From positions 114,018,001-114,082,000 of the forward strand of contig NC_043000.1 in the NCBI RefSeq assembly GCF_006345805.1: a DNA stretch of 64,000 bases, read 5' to 3'. Source of the DNA: Octopus sinensis. Lineage: Eukaryota. The position numbers and the translations under genes are program-made. The notes beneath the pieces are model-generated. The model had not been told where the DNA came from and ran no database searches. It saw only the letters and a program-made list of their open reading frames with translations. Numbering within the stretch: the first letter of the stretch is position 1; each line of letters begins with the position of its first letter. Below are positions 1-11,807 of the stretch, one piece after another.

Positions 1-204
1 GCGGGTGTATTAGTTTGACGCTCGGCAAAGTGATAAAGTCTTTTACGTTTCGAGCCTACGCACTTCAACAGAAAGGAACACGATGAAATATGCAGGATGA
101 TATGTATATATGTATGTATATATATTTGTGTGTGTGTGTGTGTGTGTATGTGTGTGTGTGTGCGTGCGTGTGCGTGCGTGTGTATGTGTGTGTATGTATG
201 CGTG

Positions 205-410
205 TGTCACTCCGCCATCCCTTGACAACCGATGCTGGTGTGTTTATGTCCCCGTATCTTACCCGTTCGGCAATAGAGACCGATAGAATAAGCACTACTA
301 GGCTTACAAAGAATGAGTCCTGGGGGTCGATTTCTTCGACTAACACTCTTTAAGGCGGTTCATCAGCATGGCCGCAGTCAAATGCCTGAAACGAGTAAAT
401 AGAATAAAAA
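205..410 (+). mobile_element. SINE family A (OR-like/CORE-type with internal microsatellite), 3' half
   Basis: cttgacaaccgatgctggtgtgttt...agcatggccgcagtcaaatg tail shared with more than 10 copies in the window. Confidence 0.8.
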
Positions 411-694
411 GGAAAAAATAAAAAAAGAAAAAGAACAGGAAGCAGAAAGACTAGAAGCTACAATTACAAACAACATCGCCACAGCATTCAGATCACACGC
501 AGAAGTCAGATGAAGCGCATAAAAGAAACACAAAGTGCTTCGAGTATCCACAGAGATCACTTTTGATCAACAAAAGAAAGGATGATATTTATCTAAATTT
601 ATCTGAAACTATGCTAAACCTATCGGGGCAACCAATCACTGACCTGTGTGTGATACACTAAACTATAAATCCTGATATATACTCTTTTACTGTT

Positions 695-925
695 CTACTC
701 TTTTCAGTCATTTGACTGTGGCCATGCTGGAGCACCGCCTTTAGTCGAGCAAATCGACCCCTGGACTTATTCATTGTAAGCCTAGTACTTTTTTCTATCT
801 GTCTCTTTTGCCGAAGGCCTAAGTTACGGGGACGTAACCACATCAGCATTGGTTGTCAAGCGACGTGGGGGGACAAACACAAACACACAAACATTCATTC
901 ATACATACATACATACATACATACA

Positions 926-961
<36 letters not shown>

Positions 962-1130
962 TATACATATATACGACGGGCTTCTTTCAGTTTCCGTCTA
1001 CCTAATCCACTCACAAGGCTTTGGTCGGCCCGAGGCTATAGTAGAAGACACTTGCTCAAGGTGCCACGTAGTGGGATTGAACCCGGAACCATGTGGTTTG
1101 TAAGCAAGCTACTTACCACACAGCCACTCT
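695..1130 (-). mobile_element. SINE family A, full length
   Basis: Head gagtggctgtgtggtaag...ggttccgggttc, CORE-like accttgagcaagtgtc, internal (TATG)n, family tail. Confidence 0.85.
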
Positions 1131-1159
1131 TAGTTTATATAAACTTATAACGATTTAAA

Positions 1160-1345
1160 TTTTAGCACAAGGACAGCAATTTCGGAGAAGGGAGTAAGTT
1201 GATTAAATCGACCCCTCCAGGGATCAGCTGGTATTTCTTTCACTGATTCCGGAGGGATGAAAGGTAAAGTCGACAACGGCAGAATTTGAACTCAGAATGT
1301 GAAGACGAACGAAATAGCGTTAAGTATTTTACCTGGTGTGCTAAT
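1160..1345 (-). mobile_element. SINE family B (OK-like; tRNA head + Nin/Deu-like gcctttcatcctttcggggtcgataaa domain), diverged
   Basis: Shared ggatgaaaggtaaagtcgac...aatttgaactcagaa block. Confidence 0.7.
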
Positions 1346-1487
1346 GATTACCCCACAAGCAAAATGAAAGAAAAATACTTTAAGTACGAAAATCCATCTT
1401 GATACGGATGACTTCGTTTGTTGTCGTCACGAAGTTCAGATGTCACTAACCCTCACATAGCACAGAAAGAAATAATCTCCACGTAAC

Positions 1488-1537
<50 letters not shown>

Positions 1538-1905
1538 ACACACAGCCACAATACAACATTACGAAAACGACACCCGAGAGGTACTAGCTCTGCTGCTCAG
1601 CTTGGACAAGTATAACAAAGAGAGAGAGAGAGGGAATGAGAGAAAAAGAAAGACAGAGAGAGAGAAAAAAGTGTGTGTGTGAGAGAAAGAGAAAGAAAGA
1701 GTGAGAGAGAGAAAGACACACAGACAGACAGAAAAATAGCTACAACAGCAATAATAGCCGATTGTTTGGGAACCTAAAACTAGTGTTTAATCTGTGAAAT
1801 TTCAACTTCTCTCTCTCTCTCTCCATATATATATATATATATAGATCTATATAATATATATATATATATATAAATATATATATATATTATATATATAATA
1901 TATAG

Positions 1906-1947
<42 letters not shown>

Positions 1948-1992
1948 TAGATAGATAGATAGATATAGATAGATAGATAGACATAGATAGAT

Positions 1993-2049
<57 letters not shown>

Positions 2050-2659
2050 GATTGATGATAGATAGATAGATAGATACAACACACAACTTTATACATACTT
2101 ATAACCACACACCTACTAACACATGTATGTATGTATGTATGTATGTATGTATGTATGTATGTACGTATGTAGACGCATATATTTGTGTAGAATGTTTGTT
2201 TCTCAGTATGTCTTAAACATTCTTTCATAGTAGCTTCAGTTTGTTCTCGTCACCCATTTTCATTTCTTACATAAGACACAACGCCTTCATTTTGAGGTCA
2301 GAAAACGATCGATTAAATTGATCTCAACATTCGACCGGTACTTTATTTTATCGTTCTCAGAATGATGAACCGCAGAGTTCACCTTGGCGTGAATCACATT
2401 CAGAACGTAAAGCGCCATAACTAAATACCATGATGCAACAACACAAGATACTTCATCACTTAAAATTAATTGACAAATGGGAAAATACTAACAATATTAG
2501 TTTTCGTATCTCTCTAACTTACGATGTTCTTCTCAATATTTTGTTTTTATTTAATATTCGTTTTCTTGTTGCACTGTCTTCTCACCTCAAACATACAATA
2601 CAAAGAACGGAACAATGACAAAATTAATTCCACCTTTGACATGGAGAAAGAAAACCAAT

Positions 2660-3964
2660 TTATACTTCTGGGAAGAATCTCCAGCTTCCGGTTTGCATTC
2701 TTATTTCTTTATCTTTTTCGTTTCGTTGAAGTCTTCGATTCAAAACGGAGCAGAGAGGGAAAATGTCTTCCTTTGTACGGTTCTGACTTAATGGCTGACT
2801 TCGAGACATGATGGGTTTCGAGTGTAACTGTTTTGAAAGATTGCAGTTCTGAAAATTCATTTTTTTCAGAGATGCCGACTGTTTGTCAAATGTATCGTGA
2901 ATCACGGAATTTTTGGTGGGATTTTCGGTTATGTTAACAAGCCATTTGGAATCCTCTTTCTTGCCGGTGGGTTTCGTCTCCAGATTTATACGCCCACTGC
3001 ATCTGCTTGTAGAAATGTAACTGTTCATATGAGAAGCGAAACAGGACCATCGATTCGATTCGTAATAAAGTTTCTTAGAATTGAGAATAAAAAATGACGT
3101 CACTTCTTCAGCATTTGTTTTCGCTTTCCAAATTTCAGTGAGTTTTCTGAACTGTTCCTTGTTGTGACTGCTATTCTCAAAGAGTTTAAGCATTTTTAGA
3201 TCGATTTCTTTGAACTTACTTGCGCTCCTTTTTGCTTTATTCAATAAAATTATAGCTTCAGCTTTGAAACAAAGGGAGGTAAGTCTTTCAGCTAACTTCT
3301 TTATTGCAGGCCATTTTTCCTTTCCGTTTTTGGATGCCATTATCGGATGAAGAAGTGCTGGTTTGGCGTTGCTCCAATGGACATGGTGTTCAGCTTGGTA
3401 GAAATTCTTCAAAGTGTGCCAGAAGGCATGTTTCCTGCGGGTCAAGTTTGCAGTGATTGTGTTTTCTAACATATTTAGCAGTGTTTGGTTATCATGATAA
3501 ACTAGTCCACAAACATTTTGGCTGTCACCCAGTAAGACTTTGTTGAAATAGTCCACATTACCATCGTCGTTTTGCTCACTTGCAAGCGGTCCCTTCATAT
3601 CAACTGGAAAGATTGACTGGCTGTTTGTTGAAACATCTCCGTTGTTATTGGCAGAAGCTAACACTGCTAGTTCCTCGTCAGATTCAGAAGCCGGGTTACA
3701 GTACATTACGATCTTCAAAGCGATAAACAGATCTTGCAATTCAACGCTATCAAATTCGTTTTCCATGAAAATGGTTTGGTTGGAAAACACATCCCTCGTG
3801 ACATCCATTTGTAAATTATCAATGACTGTGTCCAATTTTTGGCTCAATATTCGCATTAAGTCAAACAGACCGGTGTAATCACCTTTCTCCCAGCAAAGTA
3901 ACGCATCCAATATATGCTTCATGATTTTAGTGAAAATAGGAATCGAACCAAAAGTGACTATCAA
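2660..3964 (-). CDS. Intronless 434-codon ORF, product unidentified (first in-frame ATG about 14 codons in)
   Basis: Long non-repetitive open frame in a window where other long ORFs are microsatellite artefacts; no recognisable motif; no clear splice acceptor at its start. Confidence 0.5.
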   Translation of the reverse strand: MIVTFGSIPIFTKIMKHILDALLCWEKGDYTGLFDLMRILSQKLDTVIDNLQMDVTRDVFSNQTIFMENEFDSVELQDLFIALKIVMYCNPASESDEELAVLASANNNGDVSTNSQSIFPVDMKGPLASEQNDDGNVDYFNKVLLGDSQNVCGLVYHDNQTLLNMLENTITANLTRRKHAFWHTLKNFYQAEHHVHWSNAKPALLHPIMASKNGKEKWPAIKKLAERLTSLCFKAEAIILLNKAKRSASKFKEIDLKMLKLFENSSHNKEQFRKLTEIWKAKTNAEEVTSFFILNSKKLYYESNRWSCFASHMNSYISTSRCSGRINLETKPTGKKEDSKWLVNITENPTKNSVIHDTFDKQSASLKKMNFQNCNLSKQLHSKPIMSRSQPLSQNRTKEDIFPLCSVLNRRLQRNEKDKEIRMQTGSWRFFPEV

Positions 3965-4640
3965 TTGAAGTCAATATTTAAAGAAATCTAAGGAACTCTG
4001 TTAGAATGTAAGTTGGTAACGCCATCCGATTTTCCGAAACAAAAAATATCTATTATGACGTAAGAATCAACACGAAACAGTGAGGTTTAGAGACATTCTC
4101 GAATCTTTCTTTAATTCTTTAAAAACGTTGTCACTGTAATCATTTTATTCTCCAAGCAGTGTCTAATTCTTTAAAGCCGTTACACCTGCAACAACCTAAC
4201 ACTTTTGTTATTTCTTTGATGTAATATCGTCCGTCTCTCTTTTTTCGAAATATTTGAATCCATCAGCTTGTTGAAGTGTTTTCAAATGAATTGACTATTT
4301 ACGTTCCCTGAAATAGTTTTGCTATTTTTTCAGCACTTATTTCTGTCCATATCGTTTTACTGTTATATCAAGACCTGTTATTAGACCTCTAAGATCTTCA
4401 TTACATTCAATGAAATCAATATGATCGGTCAAACAGTGAATATTGACTTTGTCACATCGTACCCAATGTTTCCTTCGAAAAACTCAAGACCTATCTTTCC
4501 TTACACACTGTGGAGACCTGGTTAAAAGGCTTGGTAAAAGAACACATCATACCTACTGTCGTTATAAAACAAGTCATTTGGTGAGTCTCAAATCCAAACC
4601 AGAAAATTTGCAAGTTTATCTAACGAATTATAACATTTAC
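3965..4640 (-). pseudogene. Decayed upstream extension of the 434-aa ORF
   Basis: Protein-like stretches (GKIGLEFFEGNIGYDVTKSIF; HCLTDHIDFIECNEDLRGLITGLDITVKRYGQK; FLRHNRYFLFRKIGW) separated by stops and a frameshift, contiguous with the ORF. Confidence 0.4.
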
Positions 4641-4669
4641 TATTTGTAGGCTGTGTTATATATATTTCT

Positions 4670-5095
4670 TTACTACACACAAGGGGCTAAACACAGAGGG
4701 GACAAACAAGGACAGACAAACGGATTAAGTCGATTATATCGACCCCAGTGCGTAACTGGTACTTAATTTATCGACCCCGAAAGGATGAAAGGCAAAGTCG
4801 ACTTCGGCGGAATTTGAACTCAGAACATAACGGCAGACGAAATACGGCTACGCATTTCGCCCGGCGTGCTAACGTTTCTTATTTCTTTATTGCCCACAAG
4901 GGGCTAAACATAGAGAGGACAAACAAAGACAGACAAATGGACTAAATCGATTACATCAACCCAGTGCGTAACTGGTACTTAATTTATCGACTACGAAAGG
5001 ATGAAAGGCAAAGTCGACCTCGGCGGAATTTGAACTCAGAACGTAACAGCATTTCGCTCGGCGTGCTAACGGTTCTGCCAGCTCGCCGCCTTCAT
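4670..5095 (-). mobile_element. SINE family B head-to-tail dimer
   Basis: Two successive copies of the body (4670-4875, 4880-5095). Confidence 0.85.
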
Positions 5096-5224
5096 AGGCT
5101 GTGTTTATATATGCACATAAACCATAGTCATTCGTGTCACACATAATCAAAAGCTGTTTCAAAGTCAATAAAGATGTGATAAGGTTCTGACTGCTTTTCA
5201 AAGAAATTTTCTACAAGAATATTA

Positions 5225-5430
5225 AGCTCTATCAAGGCGGCAAACTGACAGAGTCGTTAGAACGCTTAGTGGCGTTTCGTTTGTCTTTAGGGTCTGAGTT
5301 CAAATTCCGCCGAGGTCGACTTTACTTTTCATCCTTTCAGAGTCGATAAAATAAGTACCTGGGGTTGACGTAATCGACTTAACCCTTCACCTGAAGTTCC
5401 TGGCCATGTGCCAAAATTTGAAACCAATAT
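5225..5430 (+). mobile_element. SINE family B, alternative tail (cctgaagttcctggccatgtgccaaaattt)
   Basis: Family body plus second tail type also seen at 14085, 31505, 40430, 47225 and 48825. Confidence 0.78.
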
Positions 5431-5631
5431 TAACACTTCAAACTCTGTTCGACAGAGAGTATCCCTTTTTGAAAAGCTGCCGCGTTTCACAATCATTTTA
5501 AAGATAGGTTTCATTGACTAAAACTTCCTCGCGGTTTTCTGTCGGTAACAGAAATCGCCCATGTTACGGCTACCTTATGTTTTGGGATTTCCTACATATG
5601 GCAATTGTAAAAGATGACCACTAATTTACCT

Positions 5632-5845
5632 GAATAAGGGTTGTTTAAGAATTTTGAACAAACCAGCCATGTTTCCAGAGGTGAATTATTCAAACCCCAA
5701 AGAATCCCTCTCAACACACGGTTATGATGCTCCCCCGCTACTTCTGCTCATGATCAGTGATGCACATATCGTCAGCCCAATTAGAATTTTCTTCTGGTCG
5801 AGTAGCCCATCCCGCTCAAAAGGTCCCAGAATAGGGATTATATTA
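5632..5845 (+). mobile_element. Rearranged partial copy of the 23881-24436 element
   Basis: Two internal segments present in swapped order relative to the full copy. Confidence 0.7.
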
Positions 5846-5908
5846 TGATGATGATTATTATGATGATGATAATTATTATTATTATTATTGTTGTTGTTGC
5901 TGTTGTTG

Positions 5909-5939
<31 letters not shown>

Positions 5940-6734
5940 TAGTAGTAGTAGTAGTATTAGTATTAGTAGTAGTAACTTGGGAACTTAATGTTTGATAGCA
6001 AAGTCTGTAAAGTAGTTTGACACAAAACTCCAGGTCTCTGAATAACCGCTTTAGTATTCACAGCCAAGTGCGCATGTGTGTACGTGAGTGCGTGCGTGTA
6101 TGTGTATGTATGTTTATACATATATGTATATTATATGCATACATCTCATCCAAATTGACACACTTTCGTTCTTTAAGTTCTTTGTTTACCAAGTGAAGAA
6201 GGTGCAAACATTATGTGACACGGCCCAACCTTATACAGACACACACACACGCACACACACACACACACACACACACCACACACACCTCAGTTTGACCCAG
6301 CATTTTCTCAGGAATGTCACAAGTGTCATAATACATTACGCTATTGTTCTCTATATATTTGGTCATGTCCTCTTCACAGATACAATTAGCTATCGACCCA
6401 CAGCTCTGGATTGTGGTCCTCGTTCAGGTCCTTAGAGTACAATACAGTAATGTTCACATAATAGGAAGATAAAGTACATTATTCCAATATCATAGATATA
6501 TATTCTTTATTCTGTTATTTTTTAGTCGTTTGATTGCGGCCATGCTGGAGCACCACCTTAAAGGGTTTTTTTTTAGTCGTGCCAATAGACATCAGGACTT
6601 ACTTTTGTTAACCCTAGTATTTATTTTATTAGTTTTTTTTGCCGAACCGCTAGATTACGGGGACGTAAACACAGCTGCACCAGTCGCCAAGCAGTGATGG
6701 TGGACAGACACAGACACTCAGATACACACAGATA

Positions 6735-6965
6735 TATATATTAGAAGAAATGAGGTAATCAGAAGATCGGATGGTTTATATTTACAGATATTTATTTATA
6801 TATTACGTTTTTTTACGTATATATCATATCACTTAGATCATTAGCGCTTTCTCCCATTCTAGTGGGGTTTTCAAATCAAAATAATAAAATATGTAAAAAA
6901 ATGTAATATATAAATAAATATCTGTAAATATACACCTGATTACCTCATTTCCTCTAATATATAAT
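6735..6965. mobile_element. Penelope-like palindromic remnant (arms about 6735-6812 / 6890-6962)
   Basis: tattagaagaaatgaggtaatcag...tttacagatatttattt matches the reverse complement of the right arm. Confidence 0.65.
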
Positions 6966-6988
6966 ACCTGTACATCATCTCCAAACCT

Positions 6989-7035
<47 letters not shown>

Positions 7036-7273
7036 ATATATATAATGTACACACATACATATGCATATACATATACATATGTATATATGTATATATATGT
7101 ATATATACAAAGTGAGATAGGGGTTATGAGTGTAACCCACTATGGGATATCAATTATCCAATATACTGCACCCAAAAGGAAAATACATAAATGCTTATAA
7201 TTGCAATGCAATTAATTCATTTATTGTATTAATTAGATGGGCGAAGGTAAACTATTTTACCTCAAATTCATAA

Positions 7274-7446
7274 TACAAATAAGAAAATGGAGGAACAGAT
7301 TCATTTCAATCATCGACTTACAGATATTACCAATTCATATTATTTATTAACTACATCCTATTTATGTAGTTAATAAATAATATGAATTGGCAATATCTGT
7401 AAGTCGATGATTGAAATGAATCTGTTCCTCCATTTTCTTATTTGTA
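7274..7446. repeat. Near-perfect 83-bp inverted repeat, 7-nt loop
   Basis: 7274-7356 vs 7364-7446, one mismatch seen. Confidence 0.95.
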
Positions 7447-7694
7447 TATATGTATATTTATATATATGTAAGTCTATACGACGGGCTTCTTTCATTTTCC
7501 GTCTACCAAATCCACTCACAAGGCTTTGGTTGGTCCGAAGCTATAGAAAACAGTTTACCAAGGTGCGACGCAACTATGTGGTTGGGAAGCAAGCTTCTTA
7601 CCACACAGCCACACCGGCACCTATAATACACACACACACACCACACATATATATATATATATACATATATGTATATATGTATAGAATATATATA

Positions 7695-7759
<65 letters not shown>

Positions 7760-8546
7760 CATATATGTATATATACATGTGTGTATATAAACATATACAT
7801 GTCTGTGGATGTATATATATACATATATATGTATGTGAGTGTGTATATGTGTATATACTCGTATATGTGTGTATGTGTGTGTGTTGACATTTACTCGCAA
7901 AGCCATGTACACCGATAATTATTGATATAAATGTCAATTTATAATCCGGATCTTAGAAGCTGGAGGTTTCGAAGAAGTTCTTCATAGTTATCCGCTTTCT
8001 CTTGGATTTCCAAAGAGATATTCACATCTGCAGGACAGCTGACCATTATGATGATACATACATCTTTTTCTTGTTTATTCCAAACAGCAATACCCGGCCT
8101 TTGGTGCTTAAACTTGGCGGAAATTTTGATAGGAATATTCCACTAGTATTCCTTGTGTTGACGTTTGTGTGTGTACTCAATAACACGGTGATTCTCTAGA
8201 TACATTCCAGTACAGTTTATGTATGTATGCATGTATGTATGTATGTATGTATGTATGCCATTATTCAGTTTATTTCAAGATTTCTTGCCAATAGAGAAAG
8301 AACCGGTTTCATTGGAATTTCAACATCAACAAGGTATTTTTCTTTATACTTTGTACGTACATACGTATGTATGTATGTATGTATGCATGTATGTATGTAT
8401 TTATGTATGTATTTATGTATGTATGTATGTATGTATGTATGTATGTATGTATGTTTCGTTTTATGTATTGTATTCTCATGCATATTGTTGCATATTTAGA
8501 TATGCTCATATATATGTAAATGATAAACTTCTCGAAAGTTTTACAG

Positions 8547-8579
<33 letters not shown>

Positions 8580-8616
8580 TGTATGTATGTATGTGTGTAT
8601 GTATGTATGTGCGTAT

Positions 8617-8650
<34 letters not shown>

Positions 8651-8779
8651 TGTATGTATGTATGTATGTATGTATGTGTATGTGTGTATTATATATGTGT
8701 GTATGTATGTATGTATGTATGTATGTATGTACGTACGTACGTATGCATTTATGAATGTGTACGTGTATTATGTATGTAT

Positions 8780-9250
8780 ACTTTATTAAAAGCAGCAGAA
8801 ACATCACAAAAACTGTTACTCAGAGTTTCACATTCCCGTTCGTCTGACAGTTCTGTGTTTTGGAGACTATGTGCTCGTTGATGACATTGTGTCTGCCATT
8901 CTGTATTCGTGGCCCGATAGACGTGCGTTTCAGATGGGAATGGATGGTGGAACTGGTTTTATCCAAAGAAGAAAGAGGAGGTAAGAGGTACTCAGTATAA
9001 TTCTCTCTTCCAAATGGAGAGAACATGATTATATTTTCTGTTCCGAGAAGGCAGTTACCAAATATGCCAGACACAATGGCAACGACGAGCAGTTTCCAAA
9101 ATACAAAACTGTACGACGAACGGGAACGTGAAACTCTGAGTAACAGCTTTTGGTGATATTTCTGCTTCTTTCAATAAAGCATATTACTCTACCTCTGGTG
9201 TTTGAGTACTCTTTTATTCCACCTTGTTTCACATTCATATGCTTACTCCG

Positions 9251-9255
<5 letters not shown>
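8780..9255. mobile_element. Penelope-like remnant with ~130-bp inverted arms (8780-8900 / 9065-9180); core repeated at 12495-12720
   Basis: Direct reverse-complement match of the arms, flanked by TATG/TA repeats; terminal part shared with 60920-61100. Confidence 0.7.
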
Positions 9256-9289
<34 letters not shown>

Positions 9290-9603
9290 GTGAATATGGT
9301 ACTTAAGTTGAGGCACCATAATTTAGTACGGTAAGAACAGCATGTTCTTTGTCAACCCCCTTAACTTCTTGGAGGTTTTAAGTATAATTATGCTGATGTG
9401 TCCATCTGTTCTAATTTTTATTAAATTCTATGTCTTTGTGCAGCTGAAGATTGCTCTGCATTTAAACTGATGTAATGATTGCATTGTTCAATTAAATGGA
9501 GTTAAATGAAACGATCATACTGCATTACAACTGGATATCTTTGTTGCTTATTTTGATTATATATATATATATACGCGAGAAAGAAGCAACAAGAATGGAT
9601 AGG

Positions 9604-11340
9604 TTTTTAGTACAATCGTTTCATACAAGGACAGGCTTTATTAAAAGTTGTAAAAATTACAGCATATAAACGTGTCCCGTACTCATCAGCTAAAATACAT
9701 GTGAGTTCTCTAGACATCCTAGTGGTTGAGGCTATACTCATGAAGTAATGTAGATAATTAAGTAACATAAACAGATTTCCAAAGTTCATTAAAGTTCTTT
9801 AAAGATGATGTACAGTCTTATCACAGAATTTTAAAAAGTTTTAATAGCATCACAGAGAAGGTGACCTAATCCATAGTGCACATATGAATTTCCAGAGATA
9901 ATATGAGGGATTACATACTCACAGAAGGAAATTTATCCTTGTTAATCACAACGAGGTGGGTCTCAATTCCTGCTTATTAGCATTACAAAGAGGGTGAATT
10001 AATCCTTTGTATAGATGCACAATTTCCAATGGTGTAGATGTAAATTTCCAGAGAATGAAGAGGAATTTCATATTCACAGGCGATAAATTTATCAATGGTT
10101 GAACACAATGAGGTAGGTATCAATTCTTGTTATATGATTAGGTATTTGCCACATTAATCACATTACTGCTATTTACAAGAGGCTGTAGCTATTTAACTTT
10201 TAAAGGCTGAAGGGCTTTCTAGAGAGGCAAAGAATAGAAAAGGGAAGGGAATAGAAGAAAAGAGAGAAAATAAGGAGGAGGGAGCAAAAAAGGGGGGGAA
10301 GGGGACTAAAAGAGAAGAGAAAAGGAAAAAGAGAATAAGAGAAGAAAAAGAAAAAAGAGAAAAGAGAAAGAAATAGGGAAGAAGGGAAAAAGAAAAAGAA
10401 AAAAAAGAGGGTTCTAGTTATACAGAAGAATTAGTAGACGGCAAGTCTGGTTTTAATTTACAGGCATCTAGGAACTAGAGGAGAATATTACTTTTGACCA
10501 GTAAAACAGCTAATTTATTGCTGTTGAAATCAGCTATGAATTTAAAGAGAATCTAAAGAGATAACACAGTCAGGGGTTTAGGGGTCAGATGCTAAAATCA
10601 AAAGAAAATACATTAGGAAAATCTAAGTATAATCTTATCAAAAAGTCATTAAAATTTACTTATTTAATTTTTTCATTTTATTGTCTTAAGGAGTTGCCGT
10701 ATTATTCATACATTGACGGACTACAGGTCAAATCTTAGAAGATCATTTACAAGGTGTTAGGGGATTCTATCATAATGAAGATAATCATATATCACCGAGG
10801 GGGTAGCCTTATTTATTTAATTTTGAAATAGAATATGGGGTATAGTAACTCATTTTTTTATTAGGGTTATGCTACTTAAATTAGATTAAGTTAGGAATTA
10901 AAATTAAAAATACAATTAAGATTTAAAATTAAGAATTTAAAAATTATGAGTTTGAAATTAAATAAAGCCTCAATTAAGCAGCGTATAAGTACTATTCATT
11001 TCCCTGTTCTCAAAAAACTGATGCAGATATAAGGAAAAAAGATAACTGTAGTGTGAGAACTCTTAGTTATCTACTTAAAGCAGTGCTATACTAGTAGAAA
11101 TCAAGTTATATCTATCTATCTAGTTACGAATATTCTAATCATTTAAAATATTTTAAAGTCTTCAATTTAGCGTGGACACAAACTTGACCTAGTTCGATAT
11201 GGTTATTCAATAAGTTTCTATGTTTTCTATGCTTTCCATTCTTGTTGCTTCTTTCTCGCTTATAATCACCCCACATTACTGTATTGTTAAAACAGTATAG
11301 TTTTTTTTTTGGTGCATCTAAGTTAGGTACCATATTCAAG
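9604..11340 (-). mobile_element. Highly decayed LINE (RTE-like) with endonuclease and RT remnants
   Basis: VMWGDY...NKNG resembles the endonuclease GDFN region; STT...LT.IL..EY...LYAVIFTTFNKAC resembles the RT DF.KAFD region; spacing about 1.6 kb including a GA-rich insert. Confidence 0.5.
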
Positions 11341-11378
11341 TAAATTCATTTAAATTAACTTGAATCTTTATTGCTTTT

Positions 11379-11426
<48 letters not shown>

Positions 11427-11776
11427 TATTGTAATGTTCCTTTAGTTGCTGCTCACATTGCCTCCCCTCGGATTAATAAGTGTATACAGCTCATTTGAGC
11501 ACTACAATTCCAGTCTGTTATATATTTTGAGTATTGTTATCACTAGCGATCTCAAGATATAAATTTGTATTTTGTAATTTATATATGTATATTTTTTTTC
11601 TCTCTAGTTTCAGCTCAGAACTGTGGTGATATATATACACCCACCCAAAACACACACACATACATATATATATATATATGCAGATTTGTATGTTTTGTTT
11701 TACAGAAGTATGTATGTATGTATGTATGTATGTACGTATGTACGTATGTACGTATGTATGTATGTATGTATGTATG

Positions 11777-11807
<31 letters not shown>

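Larger units (their letters stand above)
6505..7625 (-). mobile_element. SINE family A split by palindromic insertions in its internal microsatellite
   Basis: 3' half at about 6505-6735 and 5' half at about 7470-7625, same orientation, separated by about 730 bp of (TA)n and two inverted-repeat elements. Confidence 0.75.

Noticed and set aside
9600-11340. Possible mitochondrial insertion (AT-rich, unusual texture)
   Set aside because: No cox, cob, nad or mt-rRNA motif found; the residual peptides fit LINE endonuclease and RT better.
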